Assembly: GCA_965197585.1 (NCBI GenBank)
Contig: OZ240215.1
Span: 672,001 to 736,000, forward strand
DNA: 64,000 bases
Source: Dehalococcoidia bacterium
Lineage (GTDB): Bacteria > Chloroflexota > Dehalococcoidia > Plut-88900
Direction: 5' to 3'
Shown: positions 1 through 11,545 of the stretch, piece after piece
Position numbering within the stretch: the stretch's first letter is position 1
Layout of the letters: each line of letters opens with the position of its first letter
Notes under the pieces: generated by a model
The model's database searches: none
Seen by the model: the letters and a program-made list of their open reading frames with translations, nothing else
Told to the model about the DNA's origin: nothing
Position numbers and translations under genes: made by a program

Positions 1-46
1 AAGAAAAGGCCGGTGTGTCACTAATCTACCGAACGAGTACATGCTT

Positions 47-75
47 TTGACACCCCCCCAGCCATTAAATATAAT
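47..75 (+). promoter_or_regulatory. sigma70-type promoter of the sdhA-like operon
   Basis: Perfect consensus TTGACA(47-52)-17 nt-TATAAT(70-75); AGGAG RBS just before the TTG start at 131. Confidence 0.8.
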
Positions 76-130
76 CGCGCAGCGGCCACTATCCTGATAG
101 CCGCTTTCTATTTCCACACAGGAGTAGCCA

Positions 131-1789
131 TTGCCTCGATATGACGTAGTAGTAGTTGGCGGAGGCTTCGCTGGAATGAGCGCCGCCCTGTCGGCCCGAG
201 AGCAGGGAGCCAGCGTCTGCATACTTTCCAAGCAGCACCCGCTCCGCAGCCACTCATCGGGGGCTCAAAGCGGCATAAACGCGGGCCTCAGGGGTGACAA
301 TGCGTGGGAGTCTCATGGTCTCGACACCGTGAAGGCGGGAGCATATCTCTCCGACCAGGACGTGGTTGAAGCCATTTGCCAGGAGGCTTCCGCCCGAGTC
401 ATAGGACTCGAGCACATGGGCGTCCCATTTGACCGTAACGCCGAGGGCCGTATCCACCAGACCCGCTTTCCCGCCTCCTCCGAGCCTCGCACCTGCTACT
501 GTGCCGACGCCACGGGTCACAACATTCTGAATTCCCTGTTCGAACAGGTTCTCAGGATGCAGATACCGGTCTATCATGAATGGTCCGCCGTATCCTTGAT
601 TACGATGGATGAAGGCTCCTGCCAGGGTGTGTTCGCCCGCAACTTGAAGGACGGCACTTTGGCTGCCTACTCCTCGGGGGCAGTGGTCCTGGCAACCGGA
701 GGGATGGGCCGAATGTACCGCAACAGCACGGCGTCGACGGCTTCTACTGCCGACGGCCCTGCTATGGCTTATCGGGCAGGCGCCCCCCTGCGGGACATGG
801 AGATGGTCCAGTTCGCTCCAACGGCCCTGGCGCCCAACGGCCTCCTGATCACAGCGGCAGCGAGAGGCGAAGGGGCTATTCTGGTCCGCTCCGACAACGG
901 ACCAATCGCATCCGGCGACGCGGGCGCTGCCATTGCGCAATCTTCCAATGATGTAGTCACCCGAGCCGTGGCTGATGAAATTGCCAGTGCGGCCATCTTC
1001 CTTGACTTCCGCAGCCTTGACTCTGATCGGCTGGCCCAACGGCTTCCCGAGACCCGCCTCCTCGTCAAAGACCTAACCGGCATTGACATAACCAAGGACC
1101 CGGTACCAGTTCAGCCGGCCATGCATCGCCCCATCGGGGGCATCAAGATAGATGCATCCGGGGCTTCCCCGGTTACCGGACTTTTCGCCGCGGGTGAGTG
1201 TGCAAACTCAGGGCTGAACGGCGCCAACCGGCTTGGAGGCAACTCTTTGCTGGAGAGCGTGGCTGTCGGACGGCGCGCAGGAGCGTCAGCGGCGGGATTC
1301 ACAGGAACCGCAGGCCCCGCCCCCGACCTTTCTGTCCAGCAGGCAGACGAGGAGAGGAAAATAGCGGGAATATCGGCCAGGGAAAAGGGAGTCGAGTCTG
1401 CCGGTGTGATAAGACGGGAACTAGCCTCTCTGATGCAGGACAACGTGGGCATATACCGGGACGCCTCCGGCCTCAATGCAGCTGTAGAAAAGCTCTCAGA
1501 ATTGCGCGAGCGGTGTGACGCTGTCGGAATCCAGGGCCCTGCAACAGGTTACAACACGGAGGTTGCTTCGATAATCGAGTTGGGCAACATGCTGGACATA
1601 GCCCAGGTTACCGTAACATCCGCCCTGGCCCGGGAGGAGAGCCGCGGTTCTCACTCCCGCCTGGACTTCCCCAATAGAGACGATGAAAACTGGCTCAAAC
1701 ACACCGTGGCCCGGTCCTCGGGTGACGGGCCTCAATTGGAATATGAACCCGTGACGGTAACTCGCTGGAAACCGGAAGGGAGCAGCTAG
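131..1789 (+). CDS. sdhA: Succinate dehydrogenase/fumarate reductase flavoprotein-family subunit with atypical active site
   Basis: GGGFAG FAD motif, RSHS..AQSG covalent-FAD His motif, GANRLGGNSL, REESRG, RDDENWLKHT; several catalytic residues substituted. Confidence 0.85.
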   Translation: MPRYDVVVVGGGFAGMSAALSAREQGASVCILSKQHPLRSHSSGAQSGINAGLRGDNAWESHGLDTVKAGAYLSDQDVVEAICQEASARVIGLEHMGVPFDRNAEGRIHQTRFPASSEPRTCYCADATGHNILNSLFEQVLRMQIPVYHEWSAVSLITMDEGSCQGVFARNLKDGTLAAYSSGAVVLATGGMGRMYRNSTASTASTADGPAMAYRAGAPLRDMEMVQFAPTALAPNGLLITAAARGEGAILVRSDNGPIASGDAGAAIAQSSNDVVTRAVADEIASAAIFLDFRSLDSDRLAQRLPETRLLVKDLTGIDITKDPVPVQPAMHRPIGGIKIDASGASPVTGLFAAGECANSGLNGANRLGGNSLLESVAVGRRAGASAAGFTGTAGPAPDLSVQQADEERKIAGISAREKGVESAGVIRRELASLMQDNVGIYRDASGLNAAVEKLSELRERCDAVGIQGPATGYNTEVASIIELGNMLDIAQVTVTSALAREESRGSHSRLDFPNRDDENWLKHTVARSSGDGPQLEYEPVTVTRWKPEGSS

Positions 1790-2746
1790 ATGCAGGTTAA
1801 TCTGAAGGTACGCCGCTACGATCCCGTGTCCAATGGCAATGGCAGCCACCAGACTTACTCCGTAGAGGTGGACGAGCAAAGCTCGGTATTGGACGCCTTA
1901 ATCCAGGTCCGTGATGAACAGGACGCCACCCTATCTTTCCGAGGCTCCTGCCGCACGGGTTTCTGTGGCGACTGTACGATGGGTGTCAACGGCAAGGCCA
2001 AGTGGGCCTGCCGGATGCCGGTGGCGAAGGCCCAGGTCAAAGGCGAGATAACCCTGGCCCCGCCTAGGTTGGTCAAGGAGGTTAAGGACCTGATCTATGA
2101 CCAGGACCAGTTCCTGCTAGACAAGTACGCAGCCGTAAAACCCTGGATCGAAACATCACCGCCCAGCCCGACGGAAGAGCACATCGTCTCCCAGAAGAAA
2201 ACCAGGGAACTACAGGAAGCTTCCAGCTGCACCCTCTGCGGCATGTGCGACGAAGGCTGCACGGTACTGGTCATAGACAAGACGTTCCTGGGACCGGCGG
2301 CCCTCACCAAGGCCTTTAAATCGGTTGCCGACCCTCGGGACCGGGTGACTGTAAGGCGGCTCAACGAGCTTAGCCAGAAAGGTGGGATGTGGGACTGCGT
2401 CCACTGTTTCGAGGCGACGGAGCATTGCCCAAAGGGGATCGATCCAACGGACAGGATACTATCGCTGAGAGATGAGGCAATTAAGCGGGGCATCGGCACA
2501 CCGCGGGTGGTGCGCCACAACGACAGCTTCGCCAAGTCTATAAAATCCAGTGGTTGGCTGGACGAAGCCCGGCTCGCCATCGAGAGCGAGGGTTTAACCA
2601 ACATAGGCGGCCTAATGCACCTGGTGCCAACGGCTGTAAAGGCTATGGCACACCGCAAAGCGCCCCTGCCATACCTCCATAAGAAACGGCCCGGGGCCAA
2701 GCGGATCAAGCGTATATTTGAAAAATGGGAGGGAGACGGCAAATGA
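1790..2746 (+). CDS. sdhB: Succinate dehydrogenase/fumarate reductase iron-sulfur subunit
   Basis: [10 protein letters not shown] [2Fe-2S] motif, [23 protein letters not shown]; starts directly after the sdhA stop. Confidence 0.9.
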   Translation: MQVNLKVRRYDPVSNGNGSHQTYSVEVDEQSSVLDALIQVRDEQDATLSFRGSCRTGFCGDCTMGVNGKAKWACRMPVAKAQVKGEITLAPPRLVKEVKDLIYDQDQFLLDKYAAVKPWIETSPPSPTEEHIVSQKKTRELQEASSCTLCGMCDEGCTVLVIDKTFLGPAALTKAFKSVADPRDRVTVRRLNELSQKGGMWDCVHCFEATEHCPKGIDPTDRILSLRDEAIKRGIGTPRVVRHNDSFAKSIKSSGWLDEARLAIESEGLTNIGGLMHLVPTAVKAMAHRKAPLPYLHKKRPGAKRIKRIFEKWEGDGK

Positions 2747-3627
2747 GATATGCATTCTATCCGGGTTGCGTCGCCAAAGGCGGATGCCCCGAGCTCTACC
2801 CCGCCGCCGTAAAGGTTGCCGACAGGCTCGGCATTGAGCTGGTGGAGATGGAAGATGTCGGTTGTACCGGCGCGGGCGTCCTCAGTCGGGAAGTATCCGA
2901 CCCGATCAATGCCCGGACGCTCGCCAAGGCCGAGGCTATGGGCCTCCCCATTATGACCATCTGCAGCACTTGCCAAGGGTGCCTTATGCAGGCAAACCAC
3001 CGACTTACCACCGACCCTGAATACCGAGCCAGGATCAACCACGAATACCTGGACGAAGAAGGTCTGGAATACAAGGGGACCACGGACGTGAAGCACTTCT
3101 TGTGGGTGCTGGAGGAGGACTTTGGGCTGGACAAGCTGAAAGAGATGGTGGTGAATCCGCTGGAGGAACTTAAGGTAGCGCCCTTCTACGGATGCTACCT
3201 CCGCCGTCCTCCTGAAGTCGTTGTGCCGAAGGGCAAGGAGAGCAGGAAAACTGCCCTGGAGGGCACTATTACAGCTCTAGGTGGGCAAGTGGTCGCGACG
3301 AAGGGCAAGGGCAAGTGCTGCGGTTTCCCCATCTTATACCCGAACGAAGAAAACTCGCTGGAGATGTGCGGCAACCACACGATAGAGGCGAAGGACAAGG
3401 GAGCGGATGCCATGGTCACCCCCTGCCCCCTCTGCCACTTGGAATTGGACGGGACGCAGAGTCGTGCGGAAGCCCATAAAGGCAGGAAGATCAACCTGCC
3501 AGTGCTGCATCTGCCCCAGCTTGTGGGTCTGGCCTTGGGCTTTACCCCCAAGGAGATGGAGATGCAGAGGCACCTTGTTTCCACCTCTCCAGTGGAGGCC
3601 AAGGCCAAGAAGAAGGCCAAAGTGTAA
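2743..3627 (+). CDS. CCG-domain HdrB/SdhE-like subunit (type E SQR anchor)
   Basis: [38 protein letters not shown]; ATGA overlap with the sdhB stop. Confidence 0.88.
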   Translation: MRYAFYPGCVAKGGCPELYPAAVKVADRLGIELVEMEDVGCTGAGVLSREVSDPINARTLAKAEAMGLPIMTICSTCQGCLMQANHRLTTDPEYRARINHEYLDEEGLEYKGTTDVKHFLWVLEEDFGLDKLKEMVVNPLEELKVAPFYGCYLRRPPEVVVPKGKESRKTALEGTITALGGQVVATKGKGKCCGFPILYPNEENSLEMCGNHTIEAKDKGADAMVTPCPLCHLELDGTQSRAEAHKGRKINLPVLHLPQLVGLALGFTPKEMEMQRHLVSTSPVEAKAKKKAKV

Positions 3628-3660
3628 CCCTCGGTCTTGTTGCTTCTAGCTGAGCCACAA

Positions 3661-3700
3661 AAGGGGTCGGCCCCGCCATCGGCGGGCCGACCCCTTCGCT
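3661..3700 (+). terminator. GC-rich hairpin after the sdh-like operon
   Basis: AAGGGGTCGGCCCCGCC-ATC-GGCGGGCCGACCCCTT inverted repeat; weak U tail. Confidence 0.6.
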
Positions 3701-3777
3701 TGTCCCTGTTGACGGGCCAATGCTACAATCGCGCACCGGTTACCCGATAGCTCAACACCACAGGAGACACAGGAAAC

Positions 3778-5835
3778 ATGGTTCCACCAGGCGAAATCTT
3801 TGGCGTGATTCCCATCTGGATTGGCGTGTTCGCGTTCGCCGTCCTTGGATTCGGATTTGCCGGTTATGTGGTCTATTCCCGGGTATTCCGTCTGATCATG
3901 CTTGGCAAGAGCGAGAACCGCTTCGATCAACCTTTGAAGCGGAGTTTCAATGCCTTGGTGGTCGTATTGGCTCAAAGGAAGGTGCTTCAACGGGTGTCCC
4001 TGAAAGACAAGGCGGGGTTGGGGCACGTGTTCGTCTTCTGGGGATTCCTATGCTTCGCCCTTAGCTATGTTCTATTCGTATTCCTGGATTCGATTAACCC
4101 GAGTATTTCCGAGACCATCCTCACTGACACCGGCGTTAAAGTCTACGTCTTCGTACTGGATGCCCTAGGACTTGCCATCCTCACTTCCCTTACCTGGGCG
4201 CTTGTCCGGAGATGGCTGGCCAAGCCTCGGCGCCTGAGCTTCGACCTAACCCGCAGCTCCGATGCCGTAATCATCGTAGGCGCGATTGCCGGCCTGATGA
4301 TATTCACCTTCCTGGTGGAAGGTTTCTACAACGCGATGGCCAGTCAGGGCGTATTAGCCGAGCCCAGTCCTCACGTAGCCTCTCCGGTCGGGACGGCTCT
4401 GGGGAAACTCTTTGATGGAGCGAGCTTCGAAGTTGTAAACACGCTTCACGGCGTCTTCTGGTGGGCTCACGTAGCTCTCATCATTGGATTCAGCATGTAC
4501 ATCCCCTTCTCCAAGCACATGCACATGATTGGGGCTCCCATTAATGCCTTTCTTCACGACATCAACCCCAGAGGCACCCTCCACCCCATTAAGGACATGG
4601 AGACAGCCGAGAGCTTTGGGGCAAACTTTGTCCAGGAGTTCACCTGGAAAGAGCTGTTGGACGGCTACGCCTGCGCCGTATGCGGCCGCTGCTCCGACGC
4701 CTGCCCGGCAAATCTTACCGGTAAAGTGCTGTCACCCATGCACGTCATTGAAGGAATCAAGGACCACCTCCTGGATGTCGGGCCCATGCTGGCCAAAGGC
4801 GGCGATGGCAACGGTAACGGCGCGGCGCTCCCAGTCATTGGCAACATCGTCAGCGAGGAGGCCATCTGGGACTGCGTCACCTGTGGCGCCTGCGAGCAGG
4901 AATGTCCCGTCGCGATCGAGCACATTGACAGCATAGTAGATATGCGCCGACACCTCGTTCTGGAAGAGAGCAAGATGCCGGAGAGCGGCCAAAACGCTCT
5001 TCGCAGCATGGAGACGCGAGGTCATCCGTGGGCGGGCACAAAGTTTAGCCGTACAGACTGGACCGAGGGTGTCGACGTTAAGCTGATCGCCGATAACCCC
5101 CACCCCGACGTGCTGTTCTGGGTCGGGTGCACACCTGCACTGGAAGAGAGGAGCCAGGGGATAGCGAAGTCTTTGGCCTCAGTGCTGAACACTGCGGGGG
5201 TCAACTTCTCGATTCTCGGCGATGAGGAGACCTGTAACGGAGACCCGGCTCGCCGGATGGGCAACGAGTACTTGTTCCAGCTCTTGGCCGAGCAGAACAT
5301 CGAGACTCTCAAGAAGCACGGCATTAACCGCATCGTCACCGCCTGCCCCCACTGCTTCAACACGATGAAGAACGAGTACCCCCAGTTCGGCGGCAACTTC
5401 GAGGTCATGCACCACAACCAGTTCATTGACGAGCTCATGGATCAGGGCAAGATTAAGCCGAAGAAGCCCATAGACAAGAAAGTTGCCTACCACGACTCTT
5501 GTTACCTGGGTCGGCATAACGGCGTCTACGAAGAGCCGCGGAATATGATGAAGAAAATCCCAGGCATCAAGACCCTGGAGATGGCCCGGAACAGGAGCCG
5601 AGGCTTCTGCTGCGGCGCGGGCGGCGGTCACATGTGGATAGAAGAGTCATCAAAGGGGAAGAGGATCAACCATGTTCGAACCGAGCACGCCCTGGAAACG
5701 GGGGCCGAGGTGGTCGGGACGTCGTGCCCGTTCTGTCTGCAGATGTTTGAAGACGGGATCAGGGTGAAGGAGCAGGAGGGGAAGATCGTGGCCAAGGACC
5801 TGGTGGAGATTCTGGCGGAGTCGTTGGAGGAGTAG
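3778..5835 (+). CDS. Membrane-bound Fe-S oxidoreductase (FadF/HdrD-like; NarI-like membrane domain, 4Fe-4S dicluster, two CCG domains)
   Basis: N-terminal TM helices, PFSKHMH, CAVCGRCSDACP, CVTCGACEQECP, ACPHCF, HDSCYLGR, CCGAGGG. Confidence 0.88.
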   Translation: MVPPGEIFGVIPIWIGVFAFAVLGFGFAGYVVYSRVFRLIMLGKSENRFDQPLKRSFNALVVVLAQRKVLQRVSLKDKAGLGHVFVFWGFLCFALSYVLFVFLDSINPSISETILTDTGVKVYVFVLDALGLAILTSLTWALVRRWLAKPRRLSFDLTRSSDAVIIVGAIAGLMIFTFLVEGFYNAMASQGVLAEPSPHVASPVGTALGKLFDGASFEVVNTLHGVFWWAHVALIIGFSMYIPFSKHMHMIGAPINAFLHDINPRGTLHPIKDMETAESFGANFVQEFTWKELLDGYACAVCGRCSDACPANLTGKVLSPMHVIEGIKDHLLDVGPMLAKGGDGNGNGAALPVIGNIVSEEAIWDCVTCGACEQECPVAIEHIDSIVDMRRHLVLEESKMPESGQNALRSMETRGHPWAGTKFSRTDWTEGVDVKLIADNPHPDVLFWVGCTPALEERSQGIAKSLASVLNTAGVNFSILGDEETCNGDPARRMGNEYLFQLLAEQNIETLKKHGINRIVTACPHCFNTMKNEYPQFGGNFEVMHHNQFIDELMDQGKIKPKKPIDKKVAYHDSCYLGRHNGVYEEPRNMMKKIPGIKTLEMARNRSRGFCCGAGGGHMWIEESSKGKRINHVRTEHALETGAEVVGTSCPFCLQMFEDGIRVKEQEGKIVAKDLVEILAESLEE

Positions 5836-5844
5836 GGGGGCGAG

Positions 5845-5960
5845 ATGCTTGCCAGGGACAACTTGCACGCGGCACGGGACTTCCTGTAAGCGACATATCG
5901 GGAGTTCGAGGCCGGGGAAATTCCTCGGACATCAGAGAAGATGTGGGGCTCAAGCAAACC
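5845..5960 (+). pseudogene. Possible PaREP1/HEPN-like gene remnant
   Basis: Translates MLARDNLHAARDFL*ATYREFEAGEIPRTSEKMWGS with in-frame TAA at 5887; resembles the PaREP1 SEKxWG N-terminal motif (recognised by eye). Confidence 0.45.
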
Positions 5961-6207
5961 ACCGTTGTCTGATGATCGAAGACTTGGATCAATGAGATCT
6001 CCATATAAGTCGAAGAGCACCCCCCTGTCCCGAAGACACTGTAAGGGCAAATGCCAGACCGAGTGTTTGGGGAAGCCCTAACGGAATCCTTGGGCCATTA
6101 ATCCTAAACTTTTCTACTCGACTTCAGCTTCGTTTAAACAAACGGGAGCAATTCCTCCGTATATTAAGCTCCCACACTGATTACAAGCTCATCCGCTTTT
6201 CTGATGC

Positions 6208-6238
6208 GAATACTATGGGCTGTAGACCTTTGGTATTC
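6208..6238 (+). promoter_or_regulatory. Candidate double C-box operator upstream of the controller gene
   Basis: GAATACTATGGGCTGTAGACCTTTGGTATTC: imperfect palindrome with central TGTA, ~20 nt before the C gene; half-sites match the palindrome at 7871-7888. Confidence 0.65.
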
Positions 6239-6257
6239 ACGATAACACAATTCAATC

Positions 6258-6485
6258 GTGGAAAGCGTAAACGAGGCACTCGGTCGAACGATTAGCGGGC
6301 TCCGAGAATGCCTAGGCTTATCTCAAGAGGATCTTGCTGACCGGGCGGGCATTCATCGGACCTACGTCAGCCAACTGGAGCGAGGGATTAAGTCTCCTAC
6401 GCTCGTTGTTCTGATTAAGATCGCGAAGGCTCTTAACACAAGACTGAGCTCGCTAGTTCAGGCCTTTGAGGAGGAGCTTGGCTAG
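6258..6485 (+). CDS. XRE-family HTH, R-M controller (C) protein
   Basis: LSQEDLADRAGIHRTYVSQLERGIKSPTL; overlaps the downstream nuclease gene. Confidence 0.88.
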   Translation: MESVNEALGRTISGLRECLGLSQEDLADRAGIHRTYVSQLERGIKSPTLVVLIKIAKALNTRLSSLVQAFEEELG

Positions 6486-7149
6486 ATACAGAGTACGCGA
6501 CGATTTCAGAATCGACGTGGGGTTCGTAGTATCTGCAAAACAAATACTGGATGCCGTAAGCCTCACCAACTCAAACCTGATCAATCTACCTCTTGGACTT
6601 TATCAAAGCTTAGATTATAAGACTACTAGTGCTATAGTCGGTTCCATATTTTGCGACTCAGTCGCGAGAAATACTCTGGGCATCACAAATCCAATCGAGA
6701 AGGGGCACCCAGATGTTATCCCGGCTGCAGGCGCTTCAGCATCTGAAGAGCAACTTAGAAACTATCCCAAAGGCCTTGAGGTCAAATGCACGATCGGCAA
6801 TATAGAGCAAGGGGCTAACCTTAGAGCGGGGGAGCGGCGCGTAGAAAGGCTTACTGGAATATCATGGCAGGCTCACCATCGAGAAGTTGAAGAATTGATG
6901 GGCCTTGTCTGGGACTTCGTTCAAGCCAAGGCCGGTTTCAAATATCCAGGTATTACTGCGGTCTTCTATGCAGATACTTTAACCAGTGACGACTGGGGGC
7001 GGATCAGTGGGGTGACGGGCAGAAATACTAAGGTCACAGGAATGAGAACCAGTGGTAAGCGGAAAATGGCAACCGGCTGGGTACTGCTCACCGACGACCC
7101 GGCATACCTATCCGCCTATTCTCGCGTGTTAGGATTGGCCTTCGAGTGA
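6466..7149 (+). CDS. Putative type II restriction endonuclease (PD-(D/E)XK)
   Basis: GHPDVIP...LEVKCT motif; lies between C gene and convergent MTase; low GC; start codon uncertain. Confidence 0.7.
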   Translation: MRRSLARYRVRDDFRIDVGFVVSAKQILDAVSLTNSNLINLPLGLYQSLDYKTTSAIVGSIFCDSVARNTLGITNPIEKGHPDVIPAAGASASEEQLRNYPKGLEVKCTIGNIEQGANLRAGERRVERLTGISWQAHHREVEELMGLVWDFVQAKAGFKYPGITAVFYADTLTSDDWGRISGVTGRNTKVTGMRTSGKRKMATGWVLLTDDPAYLSAYSRVLGLAFE

Positions 7150-7845
7150 CTCTGGGCTGGTGGGTATTAACTCGAGTTGTCTTAGGACTGAACCTGGGCG
7201 ATAGAAGATCATTTCGTCACTGAGTTTCCCCGCAACGCCCCCTGCCCTTATTAGCGACCTGAAGGGCAGGTAGTCACCGTATGGTCCCTCACAGGAGATC
7301 ACTTCTCCACGCCGTGCTAAGATCCAATCCGCGAGTTCATTGTAGTCTAAATTGTCGCTCCCATGAGCATAACCTAATCCTGGGAGGGATTTATACGGCG
7401 GATCAATGAACCAAGTGGCTTCGATATCAGGTGCTTCCCGATAATCCCCACAGATAATCTGCCAATGCTTGATCTTGTGGACATTAGCCGCCATGACCCG
7501 TTTACTGATCTCCCAATTACGTTCCAGCACCGGGGTAACCTTGATGGTTCGGTACTTGAAGGCCATCTTCGTAGCAGCATGAATGATATGCAGGAAATCG
7601 GAACTTCTATCGCCCACCCTAAGGTTTGGAAGAGCGCTTATCTCTTCGGGCGTAGCCTCTCTAATGAGCCACTGCCAAATTCGTGCCACCCGTGGATCCT
7701 TCTCAATCAAGATGACCTTACGGCGCCACCTGTCACCAAATAACGAATAGGCGGCTGCCCCAGCAAAAGGCTCTATAACTGTGTCGTAGGCTGGCTCCGG
7801 ATAGTGCTTAGCAATCTGCTTTTTCCGACCATAATAATAGAACAC
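7129..7845 (-). CDS. N6-adenine DNA methyltransferase (Dam/D12-like)
   Basis: YYGRK, EPFAGAA SAM-binding motif, IDPPY catalytic motif; GTG start. Confidence 0.88.
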   Translation of the reverse strand: MFYYYGRKKQIAKHYPEPAYDTVIEPFAGAAAYSLFGDRWRRKVILIEKDPRVARIWQWLIREATPEEISALPNLRVGDRSSDFLHIIHAATKMAFKYRTIKVTPVLERNWEISKRVMAANVHKIKHWQIICGDYREAPDIEATWFIDPPYKSLPGLGYAHGSDNLDYNELADWILARRGEVISCEGPYGDYLPFRSLIRAGGVAGKLSDEMIFYRPGSVLRQLELIPTSPESLEGQS

Positions 7846-7870
7846 TCGTAGTTAGCTCCAAATTGGTATA

Positions 7871-7907
7871 TGAACACTATGGTATTCACACTGAACAAAT
7901 ATGTCAA
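7871..7907 (-). promoter_or_regulatory. Methyltransferase promoter with overlapping single C-box
   Basis: Minus strand TTGACA(7902-7907)-17 nt-TACCAT(7879-7884); palindrome TGAACAC-TATG-GTATTCA (7871-7888) covers the -10. Confidence 0.7.
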
Positions 7908-7988
7908 GCACTTGCTCGATCGAGAATGTGATGAAATCGGATAGTATGAATTCCCTAACCAAATCCAAGTGAGTTACATAGACCCATA

Positions 7989-8025
7989 ACGAATATGCCC
8001 CCACTACAAGTGGAGGCATATTCGT
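7989..8025 (-). terminator. Hairpin downstream of the 16S transcript
   Basis: ACGAATATGCC...GGCATATTCGT inverted repeat. Confidence 0.55.
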
Positions 8026-8035
8026 CTCAATAGGG

Positions 8036-8064
8036 CCTTAACAACTCAGTAGTGAAAGGAAGCC
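8036..8064 (-). other. 3' arm of the 16S processing stem
   Basis: CCTTAACAACTCAGTAGTGAAAGGAAGCC is a near inverted repeat of 9785-9813 (GGCTTCCTTCCACTATTCAGTTGTTAAGG, boxA-like leader). Confidence 0.75.
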
Positions 8065-8157
8065 GTGTCCTCCCAGTGGGAGGAAATGCTCCCCGGCGAA
8101 CCGGGGAGACCGACCTAGGAGATGTCTCCGCACCACGTGGGTGTGAGAAATGCTCCC

Positions 8158-9757
<1,600 letters not shown>

Positions 9758-9831
9758 AGTTTATCTTTTTCTTACCTAGCTATTGGCTTCCTTCCACTAT
9801 TCAGTTGTTAAGGTGCAAATGTGCAAGGGGT

Positions 9832-9860
9832 AATCTAACACGGGCGCCTACCTTAGTCAA
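9832..9860 (-). promoter_or_regulatory. 16S rRNA promoter
   Basis: Minus strand TTGACT-17 nt-TAGATT upstream of the boxA-like GCACCTTAACAA. Confidence 0.7.
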
Positions 9861-9959
9861 GCTAATGTACCCGTGCCAACTCACCTCAGCACTTGCGAGT
9901 TTGCGACACGCTGAAGCTGAACGGAGGAGGGTGGAGTCCCAGGTTAGGACAGCTGCCCT

Positions 9960-11348
9960 TTAGCCCACGCTCGGAGCCATGACGGGGGCGGATATGGTGG
10001 ACATAAGATCGCCGATGTCAGGCATGTCCTGGAGGGCATAGACCTGGGAAAGCGCCTGGTCTACTTGCGAGGAGTTCAAGGTCCTGCTGGCGCAGGAAGT
10101 GAACTTCTGGTTTAGTTCCTCGTCACTCAGGGGGTACTCGGGGGTGCCACTGGCCTGTTCGATACGGGTAGTGACCGAGCTCCCAGCAGACATGTTAATC
10201 GTGACGTCGACGTGGCCGCCGGCATTGACTACAACGGGATCCTGAGTGTCGTCGTACTCCAGTTTGACGAGGCCCGTCAGCCGCTGCACCTCGGGCCTGT
10301 CGACGCTGGTCTGGTCGAAGGTATTGAGGTCGACTCGACCGTCGAGGATGGCGGATGCGATGCAGTACTGCATGGAGAACTTTCCCTCTAGCCCGGTGGA
10401 GGCTCGGCTGTAGATCAGGGGAATGTCCTCGCCAGGGGGCATGGAGATGACTACGCTTTCGATTTCGGAGAGGGAAGGACTGTGTTCGGAGACGAGGCTT
10501 AGGGTCGCGTCGATGGTCCGGTGGGTGCTGTTGCAGCAGGGGTACTTCTTGACTACCAGGCCGGGGGATGCGATGTCCCAAGGACTGCCGAGGGTACCGA
10601 CGATACGGGATGCATCGGCCTCATCCTTATCAGCGAAGACGCGGGTGTAGTCGATAGGGTGGTCCAGAATGTCGGCGGTGGCAGTAAAGCCGTTGGAGGC
10701 CAGGAGGGCTGCCATGAGGCCGCCACGGGCTGCTTGGCCAACGTGGAAGGGCTTGGTCATGGTGCCGAAGTTGATCCTCATTCCGGCGGAGGAGGATGCG
10801 GCGATGCCGAGGGCCATGCCTATTTGCTCACGGTCCAGTCCGAGCAGCTTGGCGCATGCGGCCGCAGCAGCCATTGTTCCGGTAGTTGCGGTGGCGTGCC
10901 AACCCTTGGCGTAGTGGGCGTTGCCGATAGCAAGACCGAGCTTGCACTCCAATTCGAAGCCGATTAGGAAAGCCTCCAGGACTTGGGCGCCGGATGCTCC
11001 CAGTTCCTCGCCTAAAGCCAGGACGGCGGGTACGAGGGGTGCACTGGGGTGGCCCATACAAGAGTCGTTGACATCGTCAAAGTCGAGGGCGTGGGCGAGG
11101 ACGCCGTTGATGAGAGCGGCGGAGAGGGAGTCGGTCCGGTGGCTGCGGCCTATGACGGTGGCGGCCGAATTGCCCTCGCGACCGGCGAGGGTCTCGGCGA
11201 GGATGGCAACGGCCTCGTCCTTGGCTGCTGCTAGAGAGACTCCCACGGTGTCCAGAATCGCCCGCTTGCCGAGATGCTGGACATCGGCGGGGATGTCATC
11301 AAGTTGCGTGCGATGGATAAAGTCGATTGCGGCGTCGGTGGCCCTCAT
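9960..11348 (-). CDS. MmgE/PrpD family protein
   Basis: NGVLAHALDFDD, GHPSAP, GWHAT, TKPFHVG, KKYPCC motifs. Confidence 0.92.
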   Translation of the reverse strand: MRATDAAIDFIHRTQLDDIPADVQHLGKRAILDTVGVSLAAAKDEAVAILAETLAGREGNSAATVIGRSHRTDSLSAALINGVLAHALDFDDVNDSCMGHPSAPLVPAVLALGEELGASGAQVLEAFLIGFELECKLGLAIGNAHYAKGWHATATTGTMAAAAACAKLLGLDREQIGMALGIAASSSAGMRINFGTMTKPFHVGQAARGGLMAALLASNGFTATADILDHPIDYTRVFADKDEADASRIVGTLGSPWDIASPGLVVKKYPCCNSTHRTIDATLSLVSEHSPSLSEIESVVISMPPGEDIPLIYSRASTGLEGKFSMQYCIASAILDGRVDLNTFDQTSVDRPEVQRLTGLVKLEYDDTQDPVVVNAGGHVDVTINMSAGSSVTTRIEQASGTPEYPLSDEELNQKFTSCASRTLNSSQVDQALSQVYALQDMPDIGDLMSTISAPVMAPSVG

Positions 11349-11545
11349 AGCGTCTCTCCTCCCAAGATGTGCATTAAGGCGGCGGCTTGAGGGTCATTAT
11401 CGGGGATGGGGGGATGAGGGGGCAAGGGGGGCCGGGGGGTGGGGGTTTTTGATTGATGTGCGGCCTCAGGCGTGAATTCTGATTGTTTTCGGAAAATCCC
11501 CTTAAATGCCGAGGGGTTTTTGGCTTAGTCTGTGCCAAGAGCGGG

